Source: Bugula neritina (Eukaryota; Animalia; Bryozoa). From it: a stretch of DNA of 64,000 nucleotides. Of this stretch, positions 1 to 13,199 are shown piece by piece. The stretch spans positions 3,949,929 through 4,013,928 of the forward strand of contig OZ037769.1 in the NCBI GenBank assembly GCA_964035545.1, in the 5' to 3' direction. The position numbers were made by a program, and so were the translations under genes. Below the pieces are notes generated by a model. That model saw only the letters and a program-made list of their open reading frames with translations. It was not told the origin of the DNA and did no database searches. Numbering within the stretch: position 1 is the stretch's first letter; the number at the start of each line of letters is the position of its first letter.

Positions 1-85
1 TTAGCAACTGTAAATAACCACTAAACTAACAGGTCTATGAACTTCTTATTCCTTCGGCATTCTAAAGCTAATCTCTCTGTTGTAG

Positions 86-1064
86 TGCTGACTCCAACAC
101 GGCTGCCGGAACAGCTGCTCTCAAGCTATCCGCGCTGACACAACTCATAATGCAGATAGTAGGGGATGCCATATCCGATCTAGTCTTTGTCGAAGCTATA
201 CTTACTGACCTTAACATGACCTTGAGCCAATGGAATGACCAATACACTGATTTACCGAATGTCCTTTGTAAAGTTTCTGTGAGTTGATGGATTTTTAGAA
301 TTGAGCTTTGAAATTACCATTTAAATCCCCAACAAATTTCTCGGGTGATTATCATTGAGGACGAGATTAATAATTTGCATTTATTTTCACGTCTTTGTAA
401 GGAAATCAGTTGAATGTGTTGAGGAACTGATGTTTTCTAACTACTAGATTTGGATTAAAGTATTTCTGTAACCTTATGAACTTTATATAGGTAGCTGATA
501 GGCAGGTAATAAAGACTACTAATGCTGAACGAACAGCCACTAGTCCTATTGGTTTACAGGCAGCAATTGATGAAGTCGTGTTGAAAGTCAGCAAAGGAAG
601 GTCGTTTGTTCGGTAGGTCTGCCTAGTGACATCATAGTTTCTAAGTGTGAAGTTGGGTGAAGGTTATAATATTGTTTAATTTCAAGCAGTTTAGTCATCA
701 ATAGATTTCAAATGTGGTGCCTGGGTGTTGAAATAATTTATTATATTGTCACTCTTTTTATATTAAAATTCTTGCACTGCAGCATTTTGGTAACAGATAA
801 GTTGGTTTTCGAGATTTTTTAATTTTCAAGTAACTGTATAATGTCAGACTATCCATTAACTGATCAGAATGGCAAATGGGATCTAGTATTGTGTACTCAT
901 ATTCTGCTTTTCTATGCACACTTTATATCAGGCCATCGGGAACAGAAGATGTTGTTAGAGTCTATGCGGAAGCTTCAACTGTAGAAGAGGTGAAGCAACT
1001 GTCGTTGGGAGTTGCTTGCCTTGTATATGATATGTGTGGTGGTGTTGGAGAAAGACCAGTGTGA
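86..1064 (+). CDS. PGM3: Phosphoacetylglucosamine mutase, last three coding exons (5' part lies outside the window)
   Basis: Exons 86-278, 491-612 and 932-1064 have AG/GT ends and splice in frame: ...QIVGDAISDLVFVEAIL...WNDQYTDLPNVLCKVS/VADRQVIKTTNAERTATSPIGLQAAID...GRSFVR/PSGTEDVVRVYAEA...GGVGERPV*. GDAISD and RSFVRPSGTEDVVRVYAEA are PGM3/AGM1 motifs. Confidence 0.95.
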
Positions 1065-1746
1065 AAAGAGCTTTAATTATACTGTATGTCGTATGCAAAA
1101 CTGCAATTTTCATACAAAAGTGTATTTATTTTTATAAATTGTACACATTTTAAATACAAATTTTTCAACCTACCAGTTATATTCAAGACCAAGCATTTTT
1201 TCCTGTTTACCCTTCTTGCTCAGTAAATTTTATAATCATTTGTGTAATCTATGCAATGCTTCTATAGCAATAATATATTTACTTAATGTAGCCATGATAA
1301 GTTAAGTCAATTTTCACATCAACCCACAAATGAATTTTAGCAATATCATCGGAATTTACTTTTATGCCAACTATTCATTTTACCATAGAACCAATGAATG
1401 AAGTGTATTTTAATTTTTTGTGATCACATACTTATTTTCGTTTCAAGTCATTTTTACTTAATTTAAAAAACTTTTATACTTGAGAGTAACTTCACTTATT
1501 CAAGAATCTCGAAAATGAATAAAACGTATCTAATATATTTGGATTTGTGTGAATAACACCCTCTTGTTTAACAGATATTAATGAAAAGCCTTATAACTTC
1601 ATACAGTTATTGTTAAAGCTGTTCTTGAAATGTGGGAAAACCAAAGTTGATGAAAATCCAAAATTGTTAGACATGATGGCAAACTACCAAACAACACAAA
1701 CTCAGTAACAAAAAAATATTTATTTGAATAGTTTGTCTTAGTTCAA

Positions 1747-3906
1747 TTATTTAGCAGAGCGTCTTGTACGTTTATCCCAAGAAAAGTTGGCTCCATAAGA
1801 TTTAGCTCTGATATATTTGGTTCTAGGTTTCTCAATGTGATAATTCCAGCCTGTAATAGAATCCATATATTCAAATAAAGTGAAGACATTTACTCAAACA
1901 CTTTAAATGTTAATGTGAAAGGCAATAAAAATTAAAACATTGTGAAGACTGATTATCTAATAATATACACTGAGATACCTTATAAAATGCATACTACAAA
2001 CATACTTCATTAGTTAAATGGAAGTGTTACATAATAAACTAAAAATAATCATTAATGATTAATACTTTGCAGAATATTTCTGCATTAATTCATCAAACAA
2101 CCCACCATTTTTTTCACAAAACGCTGCTGCAGATTCGGCATCAGGAAAGTCTAGGACCATGTTAGACAAAGGGTCAGCACTAAAACAGCAACAACAGGAG
2201 TATAACATAATACAGACATGCAAGTTATATCTAATTTATGAGTAAACTAGCTAGAGCAATATAGAAACATTATTAAACATAGTGATTATAACATTGTATT
2301 CAATACATTTAGTGCAACAGACATAAGAAATATAACACAATATTTTGTATTAGCCACGTGTAAAAAATTGAATAATCGGTTGCAACGTAAATTGACTACT
2401 TCATTTTATACAGTAATTATCTGTTAACTAAAATACTGACGTGGATGCCCAGCCCATGAGGTGATTCTCCCATCGTTCCCGAGTATCGAACTCCAATTTC
2501 CACTTATGAGTTTGATTGGTTCCCGACTGAGCAGCAGATCTGGCCGGCATGTATATACGGACATGGCGCTTCGAAATGTGCTCTTCCGGTACGCCAGAGA
2601 TAGCTTTGATACTCATCTGCAAGTAAGATATTTGCTGTCTGAAATGTATAGTTTTTATCATTTAATTAATTGTTACTAAATAGGTAGGAAGAACAATGTC
2701 AGTAGTTCGAATTCCGTAAAAATACCTTTTCATCCGGGGTTTTGATAGGAGTAGCGACTAAAAACCCACATGAGTTTGTTTTATAAAGCACTCTTTTTGT
2801 TTTTCATTCTCATTACACAGTATACAAGCCTCTAAACAACTAACACAGCACATACCTTTCTGAAGGAAGGATATAAACAAGTGATGGTTTCACCAACAGT
2901 TAAGTATATTCAGACCCTTAAAATAGAAACTGTTATGATATATAGAGAAACTACAAGATAAAAACAAAGAGTGAGGCTTACTGGTTCATTCACTCGTACA
3001 GTCTCCACACTGGTCAAGTGTTTATTTTGTAAAGCAGAACCATCATGCTGAACAATGTCATCAATAGTTGACTTTTGTACAACACATGACGTACTCAGAG
3101 CCCTAAAATCAAGTAGGTTGTACAATAAGAGATTTAATACCAGTACAACTGATAGATAGAAACAAACTTTATATATTATCTCAAAACAGTAAAAGGCATT
3201 CTCTCAAAATAAACAGTATGAGTAGGACACATTTTGACAGTACACAAAATATTATGCTGGCTAAAATCAAGAAGTATAAAGCTGTCTAATAAGATAAAAA
3301 AGTGTTGGGTGACAAAAGATAACGATAAAAATAAAGTTTTAATTTTTTTAATAGCACTGCTAAAAGTAATTTGTATTTTTAGAGTAAATTTCAGTAAATA
3401 TCAATGACTTGAAGTTAAAGTCAATATAAACGTCATTGTCAAACTAATTGAATATAACTGAATTCAATTTGACTACTAACACTAATATTAATTGACTAAT
3501 ACTAATAGTAATACTAATAGTAATACTAATAGACAATAGACATAGTAATACTAATACTAATAGTAATAGTAATTCACTCTCAAATTCAACATCAAACTCA
3601 ATTCAACTGTAAACCACTGAACGTGAATCACAACTAGAATGAGAATCAAAATGTGACATTCATAATCATCATCACCATGACCATTATCATGATGATCATG
3701 ATGATCATAAAATTAAAAATAAATGATTCAACTTTAGCTTTTAGCAGTCAAAGGTTTATTAAATACTTCCATTTTGCTTTCATATTATTTGCAAAAATGT
3801 CTACTAAAATTATAGATAAGTTTATGAGTTACCTAGATGCTGATCTAAGGTATAACGCCGAGTTTGAACAGAATGAGAGTCTCACAAAATTCTGTAGCAC
3901 CGACAT
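1747..3906 (-). CDS. NDUFS4: NADH dehydrogenase (ubiquinone) Fe-S protein 4, mitochondrial complex I 18-kDa subunit
   Basis: Five exons 3906-3833, 3102-2982, 2616-2441, 2179-2106 and 1850-1747 splice in frame. Transit-peptide-like [12 protein letters not shown]..., then [26 protein letters not shown]...[28 protein letters not shown]...[18 protein letters not shown]. Confidence 0.97.
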
Positions 3907-4273
3907 TTCAGTTTCGGAGTTTAGCCGTAGCCGTGTTTTGTAGCCTAAAAACTTTACGAAGTTGAAGCATTTAGCCGTGAAGCCTAAATTGTAATGATTT
4001 TATTGATGCGACAAGCTATCCGCACCTTCTTTTGCCTGTGCAATGTTCATCTGAAACTTTAAATAGTCAAAATTCTAAGACATGCGATATGTCTAAGAAA
4101 AAACGGAATAGAACCACCAATTATTTTTCCGTTTACATTTATAAAAGGTTTCACGAATCCAGCTCAATAATTTGTAAACGCTTTGCTCCCGCTGCTCTAT
4201 CAAGGCACGACTAGACAACAGTTGTTATCATTATGATTATGATGGTTAATTATTAACTATTAATGTTAATATT
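3907..4273. promoter_or_regulatory. Probable bidirectional promoter shared by NDUFS4 and MLH1
   Basis: Only 367 bp separate the divergent ATGs (3906 minus, 4274 plus), and the interval is richer in CpG than the flanking introns. Function is inferred from geometry. Confidence 0.7.
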
Positions 4274-7200
4274 ATGGCTGCAACCATTAGACGTTTAGAG
4301 GAAGCAGTTGTTAACAGAATAGCTGCTGGGGAAGTAATACAACGGCCTGCTAATGCTATTAAAGAAATGATCGAGAACTGGTAAGAGTCAGAGTAACTGT
4401 AAGACTAAGAGTAAGAGTAAGACTCTAATTCTAAGAGTAAGAGTAACTCACTAACTGTTAGTGTAAGACTAAGAGTGAGAGCAAGTAAGTAAGAATTTGA
4501 ATTAAAATGTTATTTGTGTTGATGAGTTACTGTTGGTGTTAGTGTTGAGCTTTTCTTGAGGCAACATAATATTAATAATGCTAATTTTAATAATATTAAT
4601 TATAATTATAATAATTGTCCTGCTAGCACTATAATATTAGTATTACTATTATAATACTAAAACTAATAGTCATGGTAGTACTAATTTATCTAAAGTTAAT
4701 TCACTTCCAAGGAAGTGTATTTTAATACTAATAGTAATAGTAATAGTAATGATTAAATACTTACTGTTGGGTTTTCTAAGAGTATAAACTAAAAGTAAAC
4801 AGTTTGGTGTATTTGCTTATCTTACACTGACAGTCAACATTTTGATTTAGATTGTTATTATATTGATATGCCTATGGTCCTCTGTTAGTGTTATGTTTAG
4901 ATGTTTCATTTTTTGGGCGTTTGATAACTCAATATGATTTATGATAATGATATTTTAGTTTCTAAAAATGGGTGAGTACACCTAAATGGTATGCATATTT
5001 ACTGATTTAGTCTTAGTGCATATATAGATAAATCAATGTTTGTTGCTTTTCTGAAACTGCACGTATATGTTTTTAGCTTAGATGCTCAATCTAGCTCAAT
5101 TCATGTGACAGTAAAAGATGGGGGTCTAAAGTTAATACAAATTCAGGATAATGGCACAGGAATACAGGTAAACATAGACTAAGCTATAAGAAGTGTTTCA
5201 TACCTGTCATAGAAAATACAAATCTTGCACGTTCTTAGTTTCTGTAGGATCCTTTATGGTAAGTATTTTAGGCGCTAGATGTAGCGGAAGAGTAATTATT
5301 GGGAGAGGCTTTTACTGACGCCATCAATGATTCTGTTGGATTTTGATTCACCAGTCTAACATATTTTTTGTCCTATTAAACCAGTGCCTTTAACCTTTCC
5401 ATCAGAGGTTCTCACAAGGGATGGCAGCTATAAACCTGCATGAGTTTTTTAACTACTGGAGCATTCTGTATTTGAATTGCATAACAAAACACTATTCATC
5501 TACAGATTTACTTGTTTAAGTAACGTAATTCTAAGTATCGTTTCGATTTGTTTGGCAATTACTTATACTTTTTATAACTGTTATGGAAACAGAAGAAAGA
5601 CATGGAAATAGTGTGTGAAAGATTTACCACCAGCAAACTGGCAAAGTTTGAAGATTTGAATAATATAAATACTTACGGATTTCGAGGAGAAGCCTTAGCC
5701 AGTATCTCACACGTCGCTCATGTCACTATCATGTCTCGCACTAAGGATTCTAAATGTGCCTACAAGTATGTGCTGACTCGCTGTCAGCAGGCTTTCTATC
5801 TGCTTATGGAAAGTCAATAAATATTTTATAATTTGAAAAATAATTGTGTGAATAGAGTTTTGGTTTCTTTAAACGATTTTTTTATGAGTTGAAAATAATA
5901 AGCATTTGATTAAAAAAGGCTTTATTTGAACTATAAAACAACCTATTCATGATTATATAACTGTAAGTGGTTGCAACACTATTCAATATCAGATACATTG
6001 AGTAATGGTGCAAATAATGCTATTCTAGGGGTTGTTATAATGATGGGAAACTTAAAGAATCTGTGAAACCATGTGCTGGGAATCTAGGCACTATAATATC
6101 CGTAAGTAATGCTTTCAATCTTCTATTTAGTGTATTGTAATACACAAACATTGTATATATTTAAACTATAAATACACATGATATATACAAATCTACTACA
6201 CTGTTGCTTTTTGCTGTTTGTAATATTCTCTTAATTTGAACATTTTGTTACTATAAAAATACTAGTTGATAGTATTTTAAGCTTATTAACTCAGAATCTC
6301 TGTGCTGATTAGAATTTTTTTTAAGAGCCAATGTGTAAATGTGGGTTTTGTTTTAGGAGTTGTCCAACTAATGTTAGATTTGTGTATGATATTGCTAAGG
6401 TGTTTTGTTTCTAGGCCGAGGACTTGTTCTACAATGTACCCACAAGACGGAGGACTCTGAAGAACGTCGCTGATGAATACAGTAGAATAGTGGACGTGGT
6501 CAGCAGGTTAGACTTGTTCAGTATGAAGTGTTGAGTTGGTCTTGTGGTGCATCGAGTCACTGTTCAAGTCGCCAAGTTGCATCCTAATAATTTACTACTC
6601 GAAAAATTAAGTAGCAGCAGCAAAGTTTTTTGTAAAATCAATCATATGTTTCGGTTTCCACAAATCTTTGTTTATATTGTTTGACTTTTGCTCTCTTAAC
6701 ATTCATATCTTCTGGATGTAGTCTAGTTATGTTATAAATGGTGTAACTATAATGTATGCCGATGCTTACAGATACGCTGTTCACAACTCAACTGTTGGGT
6801 TCTCGTTGAAGAAACATGGAAACCCTGCAGCAGACGTTAAAACTACAATGAGCTCTAACACAGTTGACAATATAAGAATAATATACGGTCCTTCTATTGC
6901 AAAGTAAGTGCAGTTTAGTTCTTTCAACACATGCAGAAAATACATTATAAGTAGTATTGCATCTCATAAGATTGTTTAATGTGGCTATGACGCTAGGAAA
7001 TTTCTGTTCAAGAGATATGTGCATGTATTCAAGTAAATTCTTCAAGGTTCACGCGATACACACAGTTTCATCAACAATTTACTTTATAGTGCATTTGAGC
7101 TTTAACACTTGCATGTATTTTATTATTCTCGATATAATAAACTTATTTTTTATATCTGGCCATCTATTTTTACACAGAAATGCCAATAGAAGTTTATGTC

Positions 7201-10200
7201 AGCTTTTGCATTGTATGTGACTAAATAATATTGACATTTTCTGCAATACCAATCTGGAAATAAATCATGTACTCATAACAGACATTTTTATATGCTATTT
7301 AAGTTATCATGTTTTTAAATTAAATACCTACTTTTTGACTATCATTCCAATGACCCTGCTTGTGGTAAGAAAAGCTATTCATTTTATAGTCGTTTAACTT
7401 TATTCTTGACCTGTTATGCTGTGTCCCAGGGAGCTGTTGGCAGTGAAGGATGAGGATCCTAGACTAGGAATGACTTTATCTGGTCACATCACCAACGCCA
7501 ACTACTCCATGAAGAAGGGGATATTTTTACTCTTCATAAATGGTCAGATATATATTGGTTATTTGTTTTATTGCATTTCTTTTTCTTGTTTTTTACTTAA
7601 AATGCTAATTCACGTTTCTAAATAAAAGTAAAGTTGATTGTATTTGTTATATAATATTAATAATAATTAATAAAGTTAAGTGCATTACAGAAGTATATTC
7701 CATGCTGCCATATACTATCTGGTTACAGTGTGGTCATAGTGATTATTTTATTATGTTTCTGTTGGACTTTGTGTATTACAGAGAGGCTTGTAGAGTGTAT
7801 ACAACTCCACAAAGCTCTAGACTCTGTCTACAGTACTTACTTACCAAAGGGTTGCTCTCCTTTCCTTTATCTCAGGTGAGTGAGTGAGTGTGAGTGAGTG
7901 AGTGAAAGAGTGTGAGTGAGTGAGTAAGTGAGTGAAAGAGTGTGAGTGAGTGTGAGTGAGTGAGTGAGTGAGTGTGAGTGAGTGAGTGAGTGAGTGTGAA
8001 TGAGTAATTGAGAGAGAGTGAGTGAGTGTGAATGAGTAATTGAGAGAGAGTGAGTGAGAGAGTGAGTGAGTGAGTGAATGAGTAAGTGAGTGAGTGTGAG
8101 TGAGTGAGAGAGTTAGTGAGTGAGTGAGTGAGTCAGTCAGTGAGTGATGAACGAGTGAATGTGAGTGAGTTAATGTGATTTAGCATGAGTATGTGACTGA
8201 GTGAGTGTGGGTTGATTGGTGAGTTAATTTGTTGCGCCACTTTGTTATAATTTACATGTAGTATTTTATAAGCAATTTGGATCTAATATATGTAGTATAA
8301 ATGATAATACATGCTGCTTACAACGTGACGCAACTGTTTTATCTTCAGGTCATGAGAATGTATACTAATAATTTAATTATATGACTAACTTTATACATCT
8401 TTAAAATCTCTTAGGATTGTAGTCAAATATGAAGCTTACATTTGCAATGTATACCCAAGTGTCTATACTTTAATCCATTCAAGGTTTTCATGTTCCCCCA
8501 TCTTATAGCAAATTTGCAAAATCATCGCAATCCAAAAAATTGCAACACGGTTTTCTTCTTGGTTGTACGGAGTTGTGTTGCCCTTGACTTTTAGTCTAAA
8601 GATTGCCCCTCACAACATTGATGTGAATGTTCACCCTACAAAGTATGAGGTGCATTTCCTGCACCAAGAGCAAGTGATAGAGAGAATACAGAAGGCTGTG
8701 GAGCAATGTCTACTTGGCTGTAACTCCTCCCGCACTTTTTACACTCAGGTTTGTTAGTTCCTCTGCTAAGACTTGTTTACTCAGTGAATATTCCTGACTT
8801 ATAGTTTTGACTTGAGAGTTATGGCTTTATAGGGTAAAATAAGTCAAATTGTTTATCTACACCTTGGTATTTATTTTGTTTTCAGTACTTATTTTTATGT
8901 TTTAAATGCGTTATGTCAATATAATTTATGATTTAACATTATTGATAACAGTGACTGTGATCATACATGAATATGCTGCTCTGTTATTTATCTAGACGCT
9001 GATAGCGCTGCCTAAGTCTAGTCAGAAAGAGGCGTCTGGTCAGAAAGAGGCGTCTGGCACTAATGAAGAAGCTAAAACATATGGCTATAACATGGTAAGG
9101 ACAGACTATTCGGAGAGGAAGTTAGATCAGTATCTGCAGGTGCAGACGCAGCCTTCTGCACCAGTTTCTACGTCTGCAGCAGATAAAGAGAACACAGTGC
9201 CTGCTGCAGCTTCTACCGCAGATGACCAGTTGGCTACTGGAACACCAGCGCCGTGAGTATCAACTGTTAAGTAAAGTATTTATGACTTCCGGAAGCGTCC
9301 TAGGAAATAAATTGTTAAAATATTAGAGCTCGCTGCGCTTTGCAAATTGTGTTGACATGCTTTTGATATGCTGTTTTATTTTGTAGCTATTTTTAAGACT
9401 TTCTAGACTTTACTGCCATTGATAACTTTTAAACTATCCAATAATGCTTAGCCAAGCTATGATTTTGATGCTGTATCTATGAATTCAGTTGCATAGGTCT
9501 GCAATTGCCAGTCTCATGTGTATTGACAGTGTTGACTGTTTTGCAGTTTGTTTTTACTACATTTTAACTTATAGCCTAGCATTTATCCATAACTATTTCT
9601 TAAAATTCAAGCCCTACAAATATTGAAAAATTCCAATTAGGTTACATACAAAAGATGCTAGTTTTGGTGAACTCGGTTGTTTTTTAAGCAATCTTTTAAA
9701 ATATAGAATTACACTGTCTATAAATTTTTGTATATTAGTACGATTCTGCTATGAGTTATGCTATGACTCATAATACGACTCATCCGTTGATTGTGATAGC
9801 TGACTCAGTGATAGGCTGTCTTTACATTTAGGAAAAGACAGCGTAAAGATATGGAAGAAAGATTTCCTGGTAACAGATATAAAGTCACTCTGTCTAGCGT
9901 ACTTCAGTTACAGAGACAGTCTGAGAAAGCAGTTCATGAAAGTAATGTTTACCTGCTATCTTATTACTGTGGCTAATGTGATGTATCAGTACTTTTGATT
10001 GGTCCAAATTCTCCCATTAATTTTGATGCTTGAATTAAAAAAAGCAAATTTTACAAAGTTTATCTCCACATGGAGAGAATAAATTTAAAAACACTATTGT
10101 AGCTTTCTTTCCAAACTTTGCACCTTTTTTTAAGAATTTACCATTTTGTAGAATGTAGGTACCAAAGCACTAAAATTGATGGTTTGAATTAGTGATGATA

Positions 10201-12362
10201 TTCATATTTGATTTTTTTTCTACTGTTGTGTGGATTTTTTTGTAGAGTTGAGAGAGATAATTCGAGAACACACATTCGTCGGGTGTGTTAACAAGTCTTT
10301 CAGTCTGATACAACATCAGACTAAACTCTATCTTATCAATAACAAGAATCTCACGTGAGTATATCTACACTGTGTCTGTTTCCTTTATAGTCTTTACTTC
10401 CAACTGCAGGTTTTACGGTCTTTAATTTGGTTGCGTGGACGTGATGCTTTTTACATTACGCCTGCACAACCAAATTTACTAAAACATTAGGATAAACATA
10501 GAAAATCATTCAATATTAAAAAACACTTGCTTATTCAGATGTATATATGTTAATATTTTATCAGTTTATTGCAAGAAGCTATGTACATTAGCTGCTAAAC
10601 TGTGAAAAACAGCTAAAAACTAGAAATATTAGTGTGTACTAAGTAAAGTAAAATAGCCCACATATACTTTTTCAAGTTTAATTTGAAAATGTTTTTAGCT
10701 AGTTGAAATTTTTTATTGTTGCAACCGAAATGCCTGCTCTTTCTTTGTGCAGCAGCTACTGTCTTAGAAGACACTGTCGACTAACAGCTTGGTATGCTAT
10801 CCTCTCTAATGTGATTTGTAGGCAGGAGTTATTCTATCAAATTATGCTGTATCAGTTTGGAAATTTCGGCATGCTCAAACTGTCGGTGAGTATTTAAACA
10901 ACTCATGTGAACACAAATACAATCATACTTCTGACATGACAAACCATGATACGCGTCTGCAATGTTTCATCTGTGTAGTAGATTAATTATAATTTATTAT
11001 AAAAGTTTATCTGCCTTTTTATTAGTATTATATTGTATTATGTGTGTATGTCTCTGTGCTGCAAGTGTGGATTTATATTTTATATCATTGTTTAAGCTGT
11101 GTTTTTGTTTTGCTTTTTGGAGTTGCCTCATCATCAGAACACTCTACAGCTGCTACTGTGTTCTTTTAAAGGAGAAAACAAGCATACAGGAATTGGCTCT
11201 CTTAGCCCTAGATCTACCGGAATGTGGATGGACTCCGGAAGACGGGGATAAAGTCGATATTGCCAAGTACGCATGCCAATTTCTTATATCAAAGGCCGAG
11301 ATGTTGTACGAATATTTCAGTATAGAAATTGATAAGGTGGGTTGCATGTGGTGGTTGTGTGCAACAGTTGCTCAAATTGCTTTTATAATGTTTCACTTGT
11401 TTCATTTATTTTTGTAAAAATTACAAAATATAATGTTATAGTCAGTTATGAAACCTTTTTGTTGATTTTTTTTTATTCTAAAGCGTTTCAGAAATAATTT
11501 CTGCTGTACAGATATCATTAGTCAAATATTTTTGCAGTAATATATTCACAGATGTGGGCGCATTGATTAAATATTTTTTTGCAATAAGCACATTATTAAT
11601 CAATTTCACTAATTGTTGGCTACCACAAAATATATTGTACAAAAGTAGCTGAGAGCACAACTCCTTTTTCAGGATGGAAATCTGTGCTCTTTGCCCTTGC
11701 TGCTGGAAGGTTATATCCCAGAGCTGGAAAGAATACCCTTGTATCTAGTCAGATTAGTCACTGAAGTTGAATGGGATGAAGAACAGCGATGCTTTCATGA
11801 CATATGTAAGGAAACTAGTCTATTTTACGCTCTACAGAAGGAAATCCTTCCTGTCCCTTCTTCTCAACAGGTATGTAATATGTATGTTCTAGCTTTTAGG
11901 GCGTAGTTGGTGATTGTCTTTCCACTGGGAAAATTGATCAACTGTAATTAGCTCACAATATGAACACTAGTCACAATATAATATAGATTGTAAGCTCACC
12001 AAAAAGAGTAACTTAGTAGTTTGAACACTGCTGCATTGTGCTTCGTTTTTCAGTTTTCTAGCTAGTTTTTAGTGAATAGTAGTGCATAGTAGAGTATGTT
12101 CTTTGTTAAAAATTGTTTTTATTTTCCTTGATTTAGCTAACTATACAGTCACTGCCTTCTAAGTTGTATCTATTTGTTTTATTTTTTTTACTGTTTTTAT
12201 TAGTCAGAAGAGGAAGAATTGAAATGGAAAAATATAACTGAACATGTAATATGTCCAGCTATGAGAATGACTTTACTACCTTCTCTTCAAAGAGCGGAAG
12301 ATGCTACATTTCTTGAAATTGCTAATTTGCCAAATCTTTACAAAGTATTTGAAAGGTGCTAA
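4274..12362 (+). CDS. MLH1: DNA mismatch repair protein MLH1 (MutL homolog), multi-exon
   Basis: Exon 1 (4274-4380) reads [35 protein letters not shown]. Later exons give [75 protein letters not shown] and PLLLEGY. The protein ends with the MLH1-diagnostic LYKVFERC* (TAA 12360-12362). Confidence 0.98.
7876..8170. repeat. Imperfect (GAGT)n/(GTGA)n microsatellite in an MLH1 intron
   Basis: Starts at the splice donor GTGAGT (7876) and runs about 300 bp. Confidence 0.95.
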
Positions 12363-13199
12363 TATTTTTACGTTGTAAGCTTAGAGTTCAAGGACAAATT
12401 TGTTATTTTTTGCTCAAAAATCGAAAGTTACCCCGTTATATTTTTTATTCTGAGTTGTTATATTTGCTTAGTTCAATAAACTATTTTATGTTATACTGGG
12501 TTAATTTAATTTATCTAAAAGTCTTCAAAACCTGTTGTTTTCCTTTGCAATGTGAGTGAGAGAAAGATATCTCTGAACCATTTTAATTGTGCTTTGAAAT
12601 TATTTTTCAGTTTTTACAGTTCAACTTTTTGCATAGTTCAAAGTACCAATGTTGAAAAAGGGCCCCTAGCTCATAGCTATACTTCTGCTTTCACAGTACA
12701 CTCACATCTTGAGATTTGCCTATTGAGTATTCCAACTTCTCATGAATGTGAGTAAAACTGCTGCTAGAAAATCAAGGTGGTGGAGCATATAGCCTCATTT
12801 TGGTAATAGAGATGTCCTTACTTATACACGCAATAGTATGTAATAAGAACGGAGTACTTAGATATTTTTGCAATAACATGAAAAAATAACCTGCACTAGC
12901 GTTTATTCGCAGTTAGCTTGTTATATCAATATTATTTTGTAAAGCAGAAGTTGTCTCGTCCATAGGGTTAAAGTTCACGCTGAACGATGTTGAATACGAC
13001 TCGCTGAAGCAATGTGTAGTTAAAGCCTATGCGCGCCAGTCAAGGAGTAACGGAGATAATATTATTTATTCAAATTCGCTAAAACCGAGTAGCACAGGCC
13101 TTAGTTCTGGAAAAAGTCTATATATTTTTATGTTCATTTTGCTAAGAGTCATAATCATAATGATAATATGACCTGTACGGAAGATTCATCATCATAATT

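Noticed and set aside
2700-2760. B-box-like GTTCGAATTCC in an NDUFS4 intron
   Set aside because: The motif is isolated, without a convincing A box or tRNA structure.
3653-4214. Plus-strand ORFs of 96 and 60 aa
   Set aside because: They have non-ATG starts, overlap NDUFS4 exon 1/intron 1 low-complexity sequence and the promoter, and show no recognisable protein features.
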